This document shows, one piece after another, positions 38,301 to 50,735 of a stretch of 64,000 nucleotides of DNA; position 1 is the first letter of the stretch, and every line of letters begins with the position of its first letter. Location of the stretch: positions 1 through 64,000 of the forward strand of contig DF237181.1 of assembly GCA_000708835.1 (NCBI GenBank), read 5' to 3'. Under the pieces are notes generated by a model. The model worked only from the letters and a program-made list of their open reading frames with translations, had not been told where the DNA came from and ran no database searches. Source of the DNA: Klebsormidium nitens (taxonomy: Eukaryota > Plantae > Klebsormidiophyceae). Both the position numbers and the translations under genes were made by a program.

Positions 38301-40601
38301 ATCGCACCAGAGTGTCTGCATGAGAGATAACGAGGATCACATGTCGTGACAGAAAGTCGGACGGCTGTAGGAACGCTCCTCAACGAATTCGAGCAGCACC
38401 GCTCATTTTGAGTTTGTGCCTACACTTAATGCAGCTCCAAATCCTAGTCACTCAAGCGGTGGGTAATCTTCGATTCTTCGAATAGCACGCAGAAGCCGAG
38501 CTCAAAATGGACCGGCAAGAGAGCTACTCGCCCCGGAACAGCCGTGGATGAAACCGAAACCGGACGTCTTCAAGCGAACAACCATGTATCAAGATCGTTG
38601 TGAAACTCACGCAAAACCAATCCAAAGTGGCTTGTCTTCAGTCTGAAACTTCTCCTCCTCAGAGCAGAGTCATCATTGTCAAAGAGCAACCTTCCGCAAC
38701 TTCGAGCAGACCCTTCAACGTCCCAGTCCGCTAAAGATCCCTTTTCGGTAAGCCACGGAATAACACGTGCTTCTACGCGTGCTCTTTCATCTTCGACCAC
38801 AGTGTCTCAGGCTGCTAGCCAGTACCTCCCAAAGCAGCGCAAATGCACCGAAAACAACTCAATCTCAACTCACCGTTGACTACACTATCTCAGGCTGCTA
38901 GCCAGTACCTCACAAAGCAGGGCAAATCGCTGAAAACAAGCTCACTCTCAACTCACCGTTGACCACGATGATCCAGGCCGCTTGCCAGAACCCCGGGATC
39001 TTGAGCAGCGGCAGCAGCGCGAGCGGCCGCCACAGCTCGTCATTGCGGTACCACCAGTACACCGCCGCAATGTGCAGCGCAAGCACCGCCGCCAGGCCCA
39101 GCAGAAGCAGGCTGCGCTTCTCAGTCTGCAACGAAGATGCCAGACTGAGTCGTGCCGAGATTCGAAATGATGAGCAACGTTCCATTTCCACTTTTTGACT
39201 GCAGGAATGATCCTTCTCCATGCCGTGGATTCGGAGTTATTGAAGGAGGTCGCAGATGACAGATGGGTGGAGCGAGCTGTGGAGGATAATTTGTATGGTC
39301 GGACTTTGTTCACTGTGCAACGTTGCACAAGACACGAAATATCGCTTCAGCTCACAGAATCAGTGTGGCACCGTCACATATCAGCTGACAGAATCAATGT
39401 CACTCGGCAACGGCCTGCTGAGCGGCCAGATTAGATTGCGCGGAAAAGACAGGTCAAAACTAACGTAAATTGAGCAGTAATTTGAGACAATCTACTGGGA
39501 GGCCTTTCTGTGAACGATGACAAACGACCATCGATTATGCACTAAGTTTTGGTTTAGAGCTCAACAGTGGGAGGGACTGAATTGTCAGATCAGTTGCTCA
39601 CCTTCAAAGCCGTCTCTCTCCGGATAATCTCATTCGCCTTCATCATCAAGCCAGTGATCCAAACAACCATCAAGAAACCTGCATTGCAATCAGCAAGCAC
39701 CAGCTGAATGTACGTTCCTTCAGGCTGGAATGTATGGAGAAAGCCATGCATGCTTTGCAGATTACTTTGCCAGCATGCCGTCCTCCAAACAATTTTCAAA
39801 CCATGTGCACAAGACTTGCTTCGCTGACCACCTTTGGGTTTCCCAGATCAAACTAGTCCGCATCGGAAGGTATGGGGCAAGCTCGGTGGGATGCGCAAAC
39901 AAGAAAACAGAACGTTTTTCAGCATTGCTCGGATTGCAGCTCTCGTCAACTCGATTCAGTCTCGCAAGAACTTACTCGTTCAGACCGTCCTCACCTTGCA
40001 TATGCTCACGAATAAACACCATGATGAGCAGCAGAATGAAGGGCAGCGCCTGCTCCAACCATCGCGCCGCCTGCTGCAGATCATACCTCGCCGGCCCCGC
40101 GTCTCTCCCCGCCCCCCCGCCCCCCATGCTCTCCCCCCCATCCCTATCATCCGCTCTGCTGCTCCGCGCACTGGCCGGTTGCGACAGCTCAACGACACTC
40201 CCCGAGCTGTTCAACCGTCCCAGCCTCTGCGGCGTCAGCAGGGGACTCGACGCTGCGTGCGGTGCACCGTGCGTCGGTGTCTCGCTCTGCCGAACCGCGC
40301 TCACGGGAGTCGTTTGCGCGTCCACCTCACGCTCCCCAATCTCAATGGCCACATCCCCTTCCGCCAGGCCTTGAGACGTCCCAGCCCCCGCTTGGTCATG
40401 GCCGGCTCTGCTCTCTTCTTGAGTTGGCATGGTTCTTGTATGCATCCAGCGGAAGAGCATGTTGGAGACAGGGGCCTGGCCCTGCCGCCACCCCGAAAGG
40501 AATGCAGAGGAGAGGCTATTTGCGGGGGGCCAATGCCGAGGAGAGCTGCGGTGGCCGGTTTCGGCTGCGTCCATTGCCTCTTGGGCAGGGCCGGGGTCCA
40601 T
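35358..40601 (-). CDS. RING finger and transmembrane domain protein (RNFT1/2-like E3 ligase, about 464 aa)
   Basis: Exons 40601-39995, 39678-39602, 39125-38957, 38315-38227, 37685-37612, 37181-37091 (GC donor), 36606-36529, 35885-35782, 35463-35358. TM segments followed by C3HC4 [43 protein letters not shown]. Start codon uncertain. Confidence 0.9.
37816..37988. mobile_element. Small hairpin (MITE-like) element B, 35-bp inverted arms, telomere-like core, in an RNFT intron
   Basis: GACACTTCCGGAATAGTGAGCTCAAGGAATAGTAA (37816-37850) matches the reverse complement of 37954-37988 with 2 mismatches. Core contains CTAACC..GCTCCGCACC..AACCCT. Confidence 0.75.
38792..38967. repeat. 83-bp tandem duplication containing the 5' splice site of RNFT exon 3
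   Basis: TCTCAGGCTGCTAGCCAGTACCTC..CTCAACTCACCGTTGAC starts at 38805 and 38888. The minus-strand donor GTCAACG|GTGAGTTGAG occurs at 38956 (used) and 38873 (copy). Confidence 0.9.
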
Positions 40602-41713
40602 CTGGGGGCCTCGTCTGGCAGCCAGCGCGTCTCTATCTGTGCTGCTTGCCCCAGACTCTTTCGAGAACTACCGTGCCTGCTCTTGTTGGAGTGTTGAATC
40701 AATACACCCAAGTAAGATTTTGTGGCCCTAGTGAGTGGGGGCAAAAAAGTAGTCTAAACCAAAATTTGCATCATGTGAACTTCAATGCTCGAGGTTGAAT
40801 CAAGCACTGTGGCTGTGAGTTCTTGTTGGACAAGCATGGCAACTTCCTTTGGGGATACGTCGTTCAAGACTTGCACCTGTAGTGCCATTTGGCCGCTAAT
40901 TCAGGGCCTCAGGTGCGCACAGGCCTGTAGCCAAGAACCTTGTTGCTATGGCCTCGCTACGAAGGACAGCGTCTTTCTACTAACGGGTTGCAGGATCCTG
41001 TCGTAGATTCAATTACAAGAACACCCAGAACTTGTCCCTTGCTCTGCTCCAGACATTCCTACTCATCACATTTTGCCTGGACAGGACGGCCCCTGCAATA
41101 AGATGTGAGTCCAAACGCCAGAGACAAAACAAAATGGGGGACCCAATGAGACCATTGGCATGAGACCTGCGCCTGTCGCTGGTGCTTCGTCTTCTTCCTC
41201 CTCGTCACGTCTCGATCAAGAAAAGTCGGACCGCCATCCCGGGATTCTTGCGACCAGCACTGGCAGAATTCTTGAACGGGCACGATCTGATCTTGCAGAT
41301 CGACGTACCCATACGCTATAGTTATATGATAAATAGCGCACCAATTGTGTGAGATGCGAATGTGCCGTCGATATAGGGTAATTCAAGTTGCAAGTTGCAG
41401 ATCGACGCTCGACAAAAAGGTTTCACATGCGATTTCGGCCAACTGTGAAGCTTCCTTAATAATAGTTTGTGACTTCGACGAGGTTTTGAAGGTGTTCTCC
41501 GACCGAGTCGCCGGAAAATCCCGCATTCTCGCCTCTAGTTCGGTTCTTGCTCATGGCTACCCACACAGCATCGGTTCACACATGATCATCATGACAGCAA
41601 GGGCCGCAAGGTGGTGCTCTATTTTCTAAGTTAGACCTTGGTGCCAACTTTGCCAGCAACTTTCTGAGAGTTTGGTCTCTCCGCCTTCGAGCCCGTTGGG
41701 ACAGGCCAAAACC

Positions 41714-44700
41714 ATGGAGTCTCCAGGAAGGGGGTCAGCAATTGAGGTCGATGCCGGCAGCCGGAGATCCGATGACAGCGACGAGGAGTACGCAAGGCAA
41801 TTGGAAGCAGACCTGCTCAGTTGCGGAGAAGAAAGCAATGAAGAGGAGGAAGTCGAGGGCTGTATGCCCCCGATGCGAAAAGAGGAAAGTCCTGAAGGAG
41901 CAGCAGAAAGTTCATTAAGGCATCAGAAAGCAGGGGGGGGAGTTGAGGGACGGTCTGGAAATCGAGAACGGGAGACCGTCTCTGATCAGGAGGGGCCAGA
42001 ACGGAGTGGTGCGGAAGCGAAGCCGCTTGAGGTACGCCTAGCTCAACATCTTTCAGCTCCATCTTGACGGAGCCAACTACATCAATGTTGAGTAACTGAT
42101 GCAGACACTGAGCTTCAAACGGTGGTGGTGTGAATTGATGCCTCAAGGGGCGCAGACATCTTTGTATCACACCACCATACATCTGACTTGAGTATGAAGA
42201 GCTTCCAATTTTGATCGATTGCAAGCAGCCCATCGTTGTGGAGAAGACACAAACAGCTAGCCAAAAGTTCACAAGTCTAAATCCAACGACCGCCCATGTA
42301 ATCAAGATCAGTTGGCCAGATTGGCAAATTGAGGGTTCACAAGAAGAGAAAGGGCAGAGTGGCGCCGTCAACCTTGATGAATATACACTCTGTTCATGCA
42401 GATCCAAGTGGGCTCTGCTCAGCGTTTGAAAGGGCCATCGGAAGGCTACCTTCTTGGTTGCTTCGCATGGCTGCCCTCCGAGCTGCTCATGCATGTCATG
42501 AAGTTTTTCTCGGCAGAGGTAGGCTCTTGTTCCCTTCCTCCTCAAAAACTGTCCCTGCTTGCTCAATGGGTTAGTATGTTCTTCTGTGCCGAATGAGTAC
42601 GTGCCCATTCCTTTTGAGCCTCTCATATTTCCACGGAAGCGCAGTCAATCAAGGATACAGTATCTGTTTTGCCCCAGTTCGTCGCCTCGTAGGCATGTCT
42701 TTCTTCTGTATCGTATACCGTTGTCCAGTGTAATATGCCCCTTACTTGCATCCTTGCAGGACCTTTGTGTGGTCGCCCGTGTGAATAGCACGTTCCGTGC
42801 GCTGTCGTCAGATGAGGGCCTCTGGAGGAGCTTGTGAGTGGCAAGTCTCCCTATCATGCGCAACCCGCATGCAACATATTACTCATTTCATCATAGTCCA
42901 CGACCATGTTTTGGGTCAGAGTGTGGGAGTGAGGTCGCGAGAGGATAGGCTTTCAACACGGAGACCACCTGTGGGGCAGCTTACACACATACAAGCCACA
43001 TACCACCTGCGGGGTAGCGGTACACACATACAAGCCTCCCTTCAGAATAACATGATTGTTTGGGGCTCTCAAGAAGTTTCTCAGTTTACAAAGTCTCTGT
43101 ACTGCATTTGCTGGGCGGTTTGCCCTATCGAAGCTTTAGGGGATCCCCCAGAACGAATGAAGATATGCACGTGCTATTGCAGGTACTGTAACCGTTGGGG
43201 GCCGCCCCCTGCAACCGACCGCAGGCGCTCCAGTCGAGTGCGCGGCAAATCATGGAAGCAGCTCTATTTCGAGGTGGGTTGTGATGCGTGCAAGCCTTGT
43301 TGTCCTTCATTCTGAGACCAGTGTAGCCCACCTTGACCAATTGGATTCTACTTTACTTCTCGAGACAAGGCTTCTGACGAGCTGTGCATGCTTACTGCGA
43401 TCTTTTCAAAGCAAGGAGGTCCGCCTCTGATGCCGCTGTGAGTTCGTTAGAGACGAGCAGGGCACTCGAGAACCGTATTGGTGTTGCTTTGAAGCTCAAC
43501 TTCCTGCCTCGTTTGTTTCCTTGTTCCTGAAGTCTTCAGAAGGTGAACAACTCTTCTCAGGTTCCTGCTGTGGTTTCAACTCGCTTCATCCAGCTCTTGA
43601 GTCCTTTTTGACGCTAAGGCAACTCTGTAAGAACTGGAAAAGCCCTGGTTATCTAATTTCTTCCAATACGGGGTAATGTGAAATGAGATACTGGCTACAT
43701 GTCGTATACTTGAGAATAGGGAGTATCCAACTCACTCACGGACTCTGAACCCTTGTTCAACTCTGCGTGATGCAGCGTGATGGTTCCGAAATGCGCGAAA
43801 CGCTGCGAAACGCTCCCCCCGAGTACCGCGAGATCTACGGTCAGATGGCCGCGGCAAAGCGGTCACAGACGCCAGCGGTGCAGCAAGTCCATCAGGTGCG
43901 ACCCTAACTTCCATCAGATAATATCTGTGACATTCTTGGAGTATACGCCTTCTGTTATTTCTCAGAAATCTCAGAGTACCCTGGAAGAATATATAATCGA
44001 AGTTTTCAGGGGACTCTGGTGAACCTTTTGCGAGTTATCCTTGTAAAAGATGAGAGCTCAGCTTCGATGCGGTTGGTTTTTGTCGATGTTAACTTCTTCG
44101 CTTATGTGCAACGCGAGTAGTATGGCGCATTTGAACAACGAAGCTTTTCAGTGCAGTGTCAGCGCCCATCAACCGCTGCCCATCAATCGCTGAGCAAATC
44201 TTTCTAGGAAACGGATTTCGAGATGCATCTTGAGCCGTTCTGATAGTGCGTAACGCTTTAATGCTTCCACCTCCCGTTCTGAGACGGTAAAAGAAAATTA
44301 AAGTTAAGAACGTCTAAAGAGCGCAGGTCCGCTAAGCGAATTGCATGTACCTCTAATCATTGTTTTTATTCTTGGACACGATGATGGGTAGGCTGAGCGC
44401 ATTGTGGGTGTGCAAGCTATGGTTTCTTATACGACTCGAAGGGCAGGAACAGACAGAGAGTTTCTCGACTCCTCACGTAGGTGCATTCGGGGGATTTTGT
44501 CAAAGTCGACACGTCGGTTGCGGACCAGATCAGAGACTGGAAAGCGAAGCAGACCTTTGAGGCGGGTGCCGGGCACGTGTGCTCCGGCCAGCGGTGTTCC
44601 TACCATCGCATCGGGGACGTTTTCATTTGCGAGAGAACGGGGAACATTCACGGTGAGAAAATTTGCGGGAATTGGAAAAGCAGACTTATGAATCGCAGGG

Positions 44701-46954
44701 GGCTAGGCAGGACGATACGAGAATGCTGGAGGGGTTTAGCCAGGACTTTCGGAAAGCATACTCTGTGGAGAGAAAGCGAGCGTTTTGAGCTACGAACGGT
44801 GGAATTGTTTCAAGCTCGATTGGGACAAAACATGGAGTGTCAGTGCCCGTTCTCTGACGTCGGATATCTTGGCGCAGTCTGCTGCCTGCCGCCCTCGCGA
44901 ACTTTACTGGTGGTTGCTTGTTCGGGAAACTTGCACTGGTTTTGCTTGACCGCTTCAGATTCTATTGACGGTCTTACCGCCTATCTGCTTCACATGGGCG
45001 ATCAGGGCCTTTGCGTGTAGCTTGTGCGGTTTCGGACCCTGATGTTCCTGTTGAACGAAACGTGCTTGAGCAACTGTCCGCATGGGATCGAATTGGTCGG
45101 ACCAGAAGGGTGTTTTGCCCTTATGGTAAACCTTCTTCGCGCAGCCTCCATTGAATCTTGATGGTTTCCGGAGGTTTTTGCGACGAAAGCTCAAGCTCTA
45201 GGCAAATTGGAGGCGCCCTCTGCAGTAGGCTGCTAAGAAAGTATTCGAAGAGTGCTTCACAACAGCGCCCACTAAAAGGAGTACTCTGGCAGTAAGAGCG
45301 AATTCTCGCTAAGTGGAAGCCCCCACGGAAAGCGCCTTCTAAGAACGCCTGCTAGACCGACCAAAAGTCCCTCATCCGAAAGCGCCCACAGAAATCGCCC
45401 AACAAGCGCCCGCATCAAACGGCCACCAAGTAAAGCCCACCAGATCGGCTCGCTAAACCAAATGCCCATTAAAAGCGCCCTCAGGAAGTGCCCACCAAAA
45501 GCGTCCGCTTAAGTCGTTCATCAGAAAACGCCTGTCACTCAATTGAAGCGCCCACCAAAAACGCTCATCAGAAACGCCCGTTATTATGCAGTCTGCGATG
45601 AGACGTGTCGCGAGATGGTGTCGGACCCCGCGAGCGACCTGCTAGTCTGCGGCATCTCTGGCCGCTGCTTCGACCGCTGGGTGACGCCAGCAGAGGAGGA
45701 GGAGGCCGGGGCGCAGGTGGGCAGACGCCGGGTCTCTGCACTTTCGACATTCCGTTCGCTTCTCCAGCATCTTTGCTTCCAAGTCTTTCGTCTTCCAAGT
45801 TCTAGCGCTTCGGAGTGTCAAGTAGTTAGTGGCCTATTGGTCATTGAGACGTATTCCTGCCTAGCTTCTGTTCTGATTGTGTAAAGACTCCTTCGTTCTC
45901 CGATAAGTCTTGTGGTTGTTGGACTTTTCCGCCTCTCCATGGGCCGTTGAGGGTCAGTCACGAAAAACGGCTTTGATATTGTGCTTCATATGTTGAATTG
46001 CGTCATTTGCATCGCTGCATTGTTCGCATTGCTGTCAAGTTCGCACCTGCTAAGTTGACTTTCTTAGGAGCATCTTTCTCGACAGGCACAACAGTCGAAG
46101 TCCCGGTCAAGTCATGCTCAAGCAGTTGCGAGGTTTTTGCCCGATTGTGCTTGAGAAAGCTGAATGACTTGTTGGGAAGGACTCCGAGAGCAGAGGAAAC
46201 AGGATAGCTTGAGTTTGCGGATATACAGCCCGGAAATGTAAGCTGGCAGAAGCACGAACATGAGAACTCGCATCATGCTTCCCTTCTGCAGGCGCGGGCT
46301 GTAGAGGAACAGGACACGTATGCCATGGGAGGCCGCCTTGGTAAGAGTCCGGTCTCGTATTTTCACAATTCTCCAAGCACTTTCTACGATACGAAGCAAT
46401 GTTTGAATGGGGGGAAAGTATGGGAGAGAATTTTTCTTTAGTGGGGGAGAGGGGGTGGAGAGTGACGGGTCTCCACCCCCCCGGGCAAGGTGGGGGAGAG
46501 AGGGGGGGAGACGCTACTCAAAGCACTGGTCACCAACTGATGGCAGATGTACTTTTCATGAATATGGCTGTTAATAGCCGTGCGGAGACACTTGAATGAG
46601 GTTCCATACTTTGAGAACAGGCGGCATTTCGAGACAGCGCCAGAGTAAACGCGTTTACGACTCTGCTCAGAATCAACGATGATCGATGATACCTCATAAT
46701 GATCCACGAGGGTTCATCTCGAACGACTCTCGTGCATGCCCTGTCCTTAGAAACGCCAGGCCCAGCGCCCGAGGTCGTCCCCATCGCCTTCTTCTGGTCC
46801 AGTCCAACCCGAAGTCCGATACCAAATAGTTTACCGTTGAATTCAGCCAGTTCCTCACAGTAACGCCTTCCCCTCGTCTTTCATTACAGCTCAGGCGTAC
46901 TATCTCGGATACAACTGCTCGGACGAAGAGGAACTAGACGCGGCGCTAACGTGA
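41714..46954 (+). CDS. SKIP31: F-box protein, SKIP31-like
   Basis: Exons 41714-42031, 42402-42518, 42760-42833, 43183-43273, 43776-43895, 44481-44652, 45592-45716, 46292-46340, 46890-46954. F-box LPSELLMHVMKFFSAEDL, then [50 protein letters not shown] and AYYLGYNCSDEEEL. Confidence 0.88.
45264..45580 (+). repeat. Degenerate intronic minisatellite, unit about 12-13 bp (AAGCGCCCACCA-like), roughly 20 units
   Basis: Recurrent AAGCGCCC/AAACGCCC/AAGCCCAC variants, ending 11 nt before the acceptor at 45590-45591. Confidence 0.8.
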
Positions 46955-48613
46955 GCATCTCTTCGAGTCCGCCCTTAAACTGCGCTTCCTCAATCGCTTT
47001 TCCAATCTAGCTTTGCCTTCAGGAACCTGAGTCAAGTCGCTCTTGTTCTGACGACAATAGGACGAGTTCGAAATTTGATAGTAGACACGAATCAAGCTCT
47101 GCGTTTTCAGGTTGAGATTTTAGGCTGTTCATACCGCCTCTTGTAGGCGACAATTTGAGAAGCATCAATGACAAGCCAGGAACCTCGTCTGCGCCTTGAC
47201 GAGGTACAACAACTGTCCACGGTCACATGGGCTGCAACTTCAAATCTTGGCCGCAGGACACAATACTCTGGCCGAGCTACGTGTCATGCTGGCGTGCTCT
47301 TGTCGCTGCAGGAAGGTGATGTACAGTTGCTGAGTCCCGGCAGCAGCCCGGACGGTGGTAGAAACGTTTCGGACGTCCGGAGACGTCGTAACGGACCTGT
47401 ACAGCTGTGGGCGAGGAGTTTCGGCCGTTAGCAGCGGCGACCGCCAGGTATTTGCCCTTCTATTGTGATTGGTCTCTCTTCAAATACGCCGTAGCCAGCT
47501 CGGCCATAGGCTTCTCATGGCATACATATGTGGGGTGTGTTCATTACTATCAGACCCATGCTACCTGTGATGGTAACGGCTCTAATTTAATTGTGGTTCA
47601 AGCAAGTCAGTGCTATCAGCAATTTTCCTGCCGAGCGAGTCGATGTTTCTCGACGAGTTTCATAGCAACGAGCCTCAGTTTGTTGTCTTGTCGGCGACCT
47701 CACGGGCGACCTTAGTCTGTACTTGTTTCCATATTCGTGTGACTGCGCTTGGCGGGACGCGATTCAACCATCCGTTCTTGCGCGTTTAGGAAAGCCGCTC
47801 AAGAATTGAACGCATTGGCCGCTAGGTTTGGGTAATCAGGTCAGCATGTCCATCTCCGTTTGTCTATTTGATGAAGATTTTCCGTCTAGAATCTTGTCGT
47901 TTGTGATCTCTTTCGAGAACTCAATACTGCTTCCGCTCCTCCAGGAATGTCTCCAAGCATCGGACATTGCTCTCCTTACACGCACACGTCGAAGACTCGA
48001 GGCTGATCAAGTCTGATTGAGATTCCATACAGTGTACATTCGTGGATCTCGGAATCGGAAACAAAGTTTATGTACATGTCTCAGCCAACGGAATCCTGAA
48101 CCGGCAATGATATGGGAATCCAGCGCCTTAGCCGCAGCCCCCAGCCTTATGCAGTGCTGGCAACCATTCAAATTCCGACTGACATGCATGGTTCACAAGC
48201 TGAATAAAGTTCGCACGTAGTGTTTAAAGCACATGCCAGCACGAATATCATACTAATGAGCTTTCGCGTGTATCTTTGATGTATTCAAAACGTACACTGG
48301 CTGCTCCCCGGCCGCCTGGCCGGCGCTGCCAGTGATCGCATAAGCCGTTGCATTGGCATGCAACGGTGCGTATTGCATCGATCCTGCCGCTCGGGAGCCC
48401 GGACGTACGGTACTAACTTACTTATAGCTAGTATAGCTCTGCCTAGACTATAGCTGCCCATGTGCCGGATGGCCTAGCACATGCTCGCATGGCGGCATAT
48501 ATATGACGGTATTGAAATGCATGCACCGTTGCATATCACATGCATATAATATGATGCATGGGCCGGCATGATGGATCAGCTGGAAAGCTGTCATGCCGGC
48601 CGGGTGCCAGTCA

Positions 48614-49487
48614 CACGGGACCGCTACGGCGCGACTTGCGGACCTCGGTCCGACCGTAATTTAGTTACGGTTTACCTCGGTCGGACCGAAAGTCCGCAGG
48701 TCGCGCGAGACGGTAAATCGACGGTTTTCGGAGGCAAAATTTTGGATATTCGGAGGTCGGAGTACGATCGCACCGAGGAGAAACCTTGGAATTATTTTTG
48801 GAACCTAGGAAAAAACTCTAGAAAAAGGTAATTTGGCCCTAAATGTGAGCCAAGGAGGCAGCTATATAACATGCAAATCCGAGAGGAGGCAGGGGTGTCC
48901 ACTTGGTTGGAGGTAGTCCAAGGGGTATATATCGAGTTGCAACTTTCCAATTTTCCGCCCCTGTCCCCAAACTCCATCCCAAGAGGTATTGGAAGCCATG
49001 GCCAAGGTGGCTCCGTCCTTGGTGTAAAACGCCATTGCAGCACCTCATGACTCGAGGCCCCGTGTTTTCATGGTCTACCTACTTTTCAGTCCCGGTCGTG
49101 GGTCTTCTAACCTGCAACGGGGCCTCTCCAGCCTCAACGCGAGTTGAGGTACCTGAGCGACTCATTCAAATCGTCGATAATGCACTCATAATTGTCATCG
49201 GACGGTGGAGTAAAGGGCGGTACCACCCGGTCGGGACCGTCCGGTCGCGATCGAAAATTTGTCGTAGGGCAGGGCCACGTCATATTCCGTACAGGAATTG
49301 GCCCAGTTCACAGTATCGCCGAGTCGTTAAATTGAAATTTAAAACCTCGATCCGGCCGCGGAAACACCGATTTATCGGAGGTATACGGAGGTCGATAAAG
49401 AGGTAATTTGCAGGTAGGACCGACCGGGTATCGAGGTAGAACCTTGCAAATACCTAAAACCGCGCGTCGCGCCGTAGCGGTCCCGTG
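48614..49487. mobile_element. Non-autonomous TIR element (874 bp), CMC/EnSpm-like
   Basis: Perfect 22-bp TIR CACGGGACCGCTACGGCGCGAC (48614-48635 and 49466-49487). CA on both flanks (48612-13, 49488-89) is a candidate 2-bp TSD. Subterminal CGGAGG/GGTCGG repeats and hairpins. No convincing transposase ORF. Confidence 0.8.
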
Positions 49488-50735
49488 CACTCCAACAGTG
49501 AAGCTGTACGTATACATCATTGAATGATATAGAAACCTTACCGGTGCATCATTGCGAATACATTGATGATTGACATGTTGGTCTTTCAAAAATATTGCAG
49601 TGCGATCGATGAGGATCGGATCCTGATGCACGCTGTGCGCGCACCACCTGCAAGTCAATTCCACATAGCACTATAAGCAACCCTTCTGACTTTCTCTTGC
49701 AGTCTGATTCATGTCAAATCCAGGACTGATCCTCTGTACTAGCATTGCAGAGCTGACGCAACGCTTAAGTATGGCCCTTTCTCACACAACTGTGAGAGGC
49801 TTGTTGCCCCATGTCTCTGAGCTGCTAAACGGACCCTTGAATCCATAGTCCTGTGAGGAACATCCACTATCTTATGCCGCATAGATCTTACACCTCACAT
49901 ATCTACATGCTAAGTTAACCGGCGACCTAGAAAAACCTATGACAGAACAACACTTTGCTACGCTTTTCTTGTGCCCGTACCGCTTGAAACACTGACAGTC
50001 GAACTGCTGTCTAGGGACACGTGCCAAATTTTTATCCGTCCATACAGGAATTTTGCCTCGACCCGCTGTTGCATCCTTACACACAATCTGCTTGCAACGA
50101 TCAGAATGACAAGCCTTGCCTCCCGGCTGTTCTATGCTAGCTCCTAGCCTGCAGCACAACGACTTTTCAGTGAGCTTCGAAAATGAACGGTGATCTATGA
50201 CAAACCTGACCATGCGCTCATCCTCCGGCTCCATCAAACAACGCGGGTTTGGTCCTTGAGAGCGTATCAGGGCAGCTTGCGCATACACTGTTAAGATATC
50301 GTTCCACGATGTTCAGTGGTTTGGGGCTCTACTACCAGAACACGATGCGTATGTCTCTGGCCGCTATGCAGCTATGCACGGGTTTCGTTGGACGCATCCT
50401 TCACAAAGGTAAAGTGGAGGATCAATACCCGAGGCCCTGAGCACCGACCAACTGACTGGAGATGGCTCATGACTTTTTTGTCGAAAGACCGCCCCGAGAT
50501 CAGAATGGAAGTACAAGTGAGCCTTCCAGGACTCGAAAACAGTTGCAAAATCAGCTGGCAACATCGACGCAGTCCATCGTGGTCAAGGACCTCACAACGG
50601 GTCGGCAAGTAGTATAAAAGCCAACAACAGGTAGCGGGGAACGCAAGACTGCCGTCCTGTCTCATGTAAGGGACTGCGAGACATACTCGGAAGCCCACAA
50701 CACGTGAGAGGAACGCAGAACCCTGAGACGCCCTC

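Noticed and set aside
47311-47431. Putative alternative terminal exon of SKIP31 after TTGTCGCTGCAG
   Set aside because: The conserved C-terminus is already complete at 46954, and the peptide has no family similarity.
49872-50288. 138-aa Cys-rich minus-strand ORF as a novel gene or EBS extension
   Set aside because: No recognisable domain, a GTG start, and no good phase-0 acceptor in frame. The strong acceptor at 50149-50150 leads to a 3-codon exon (ARS*) in another frame. It is more likely 3' UTR or intron, but unresolved without RNA data.
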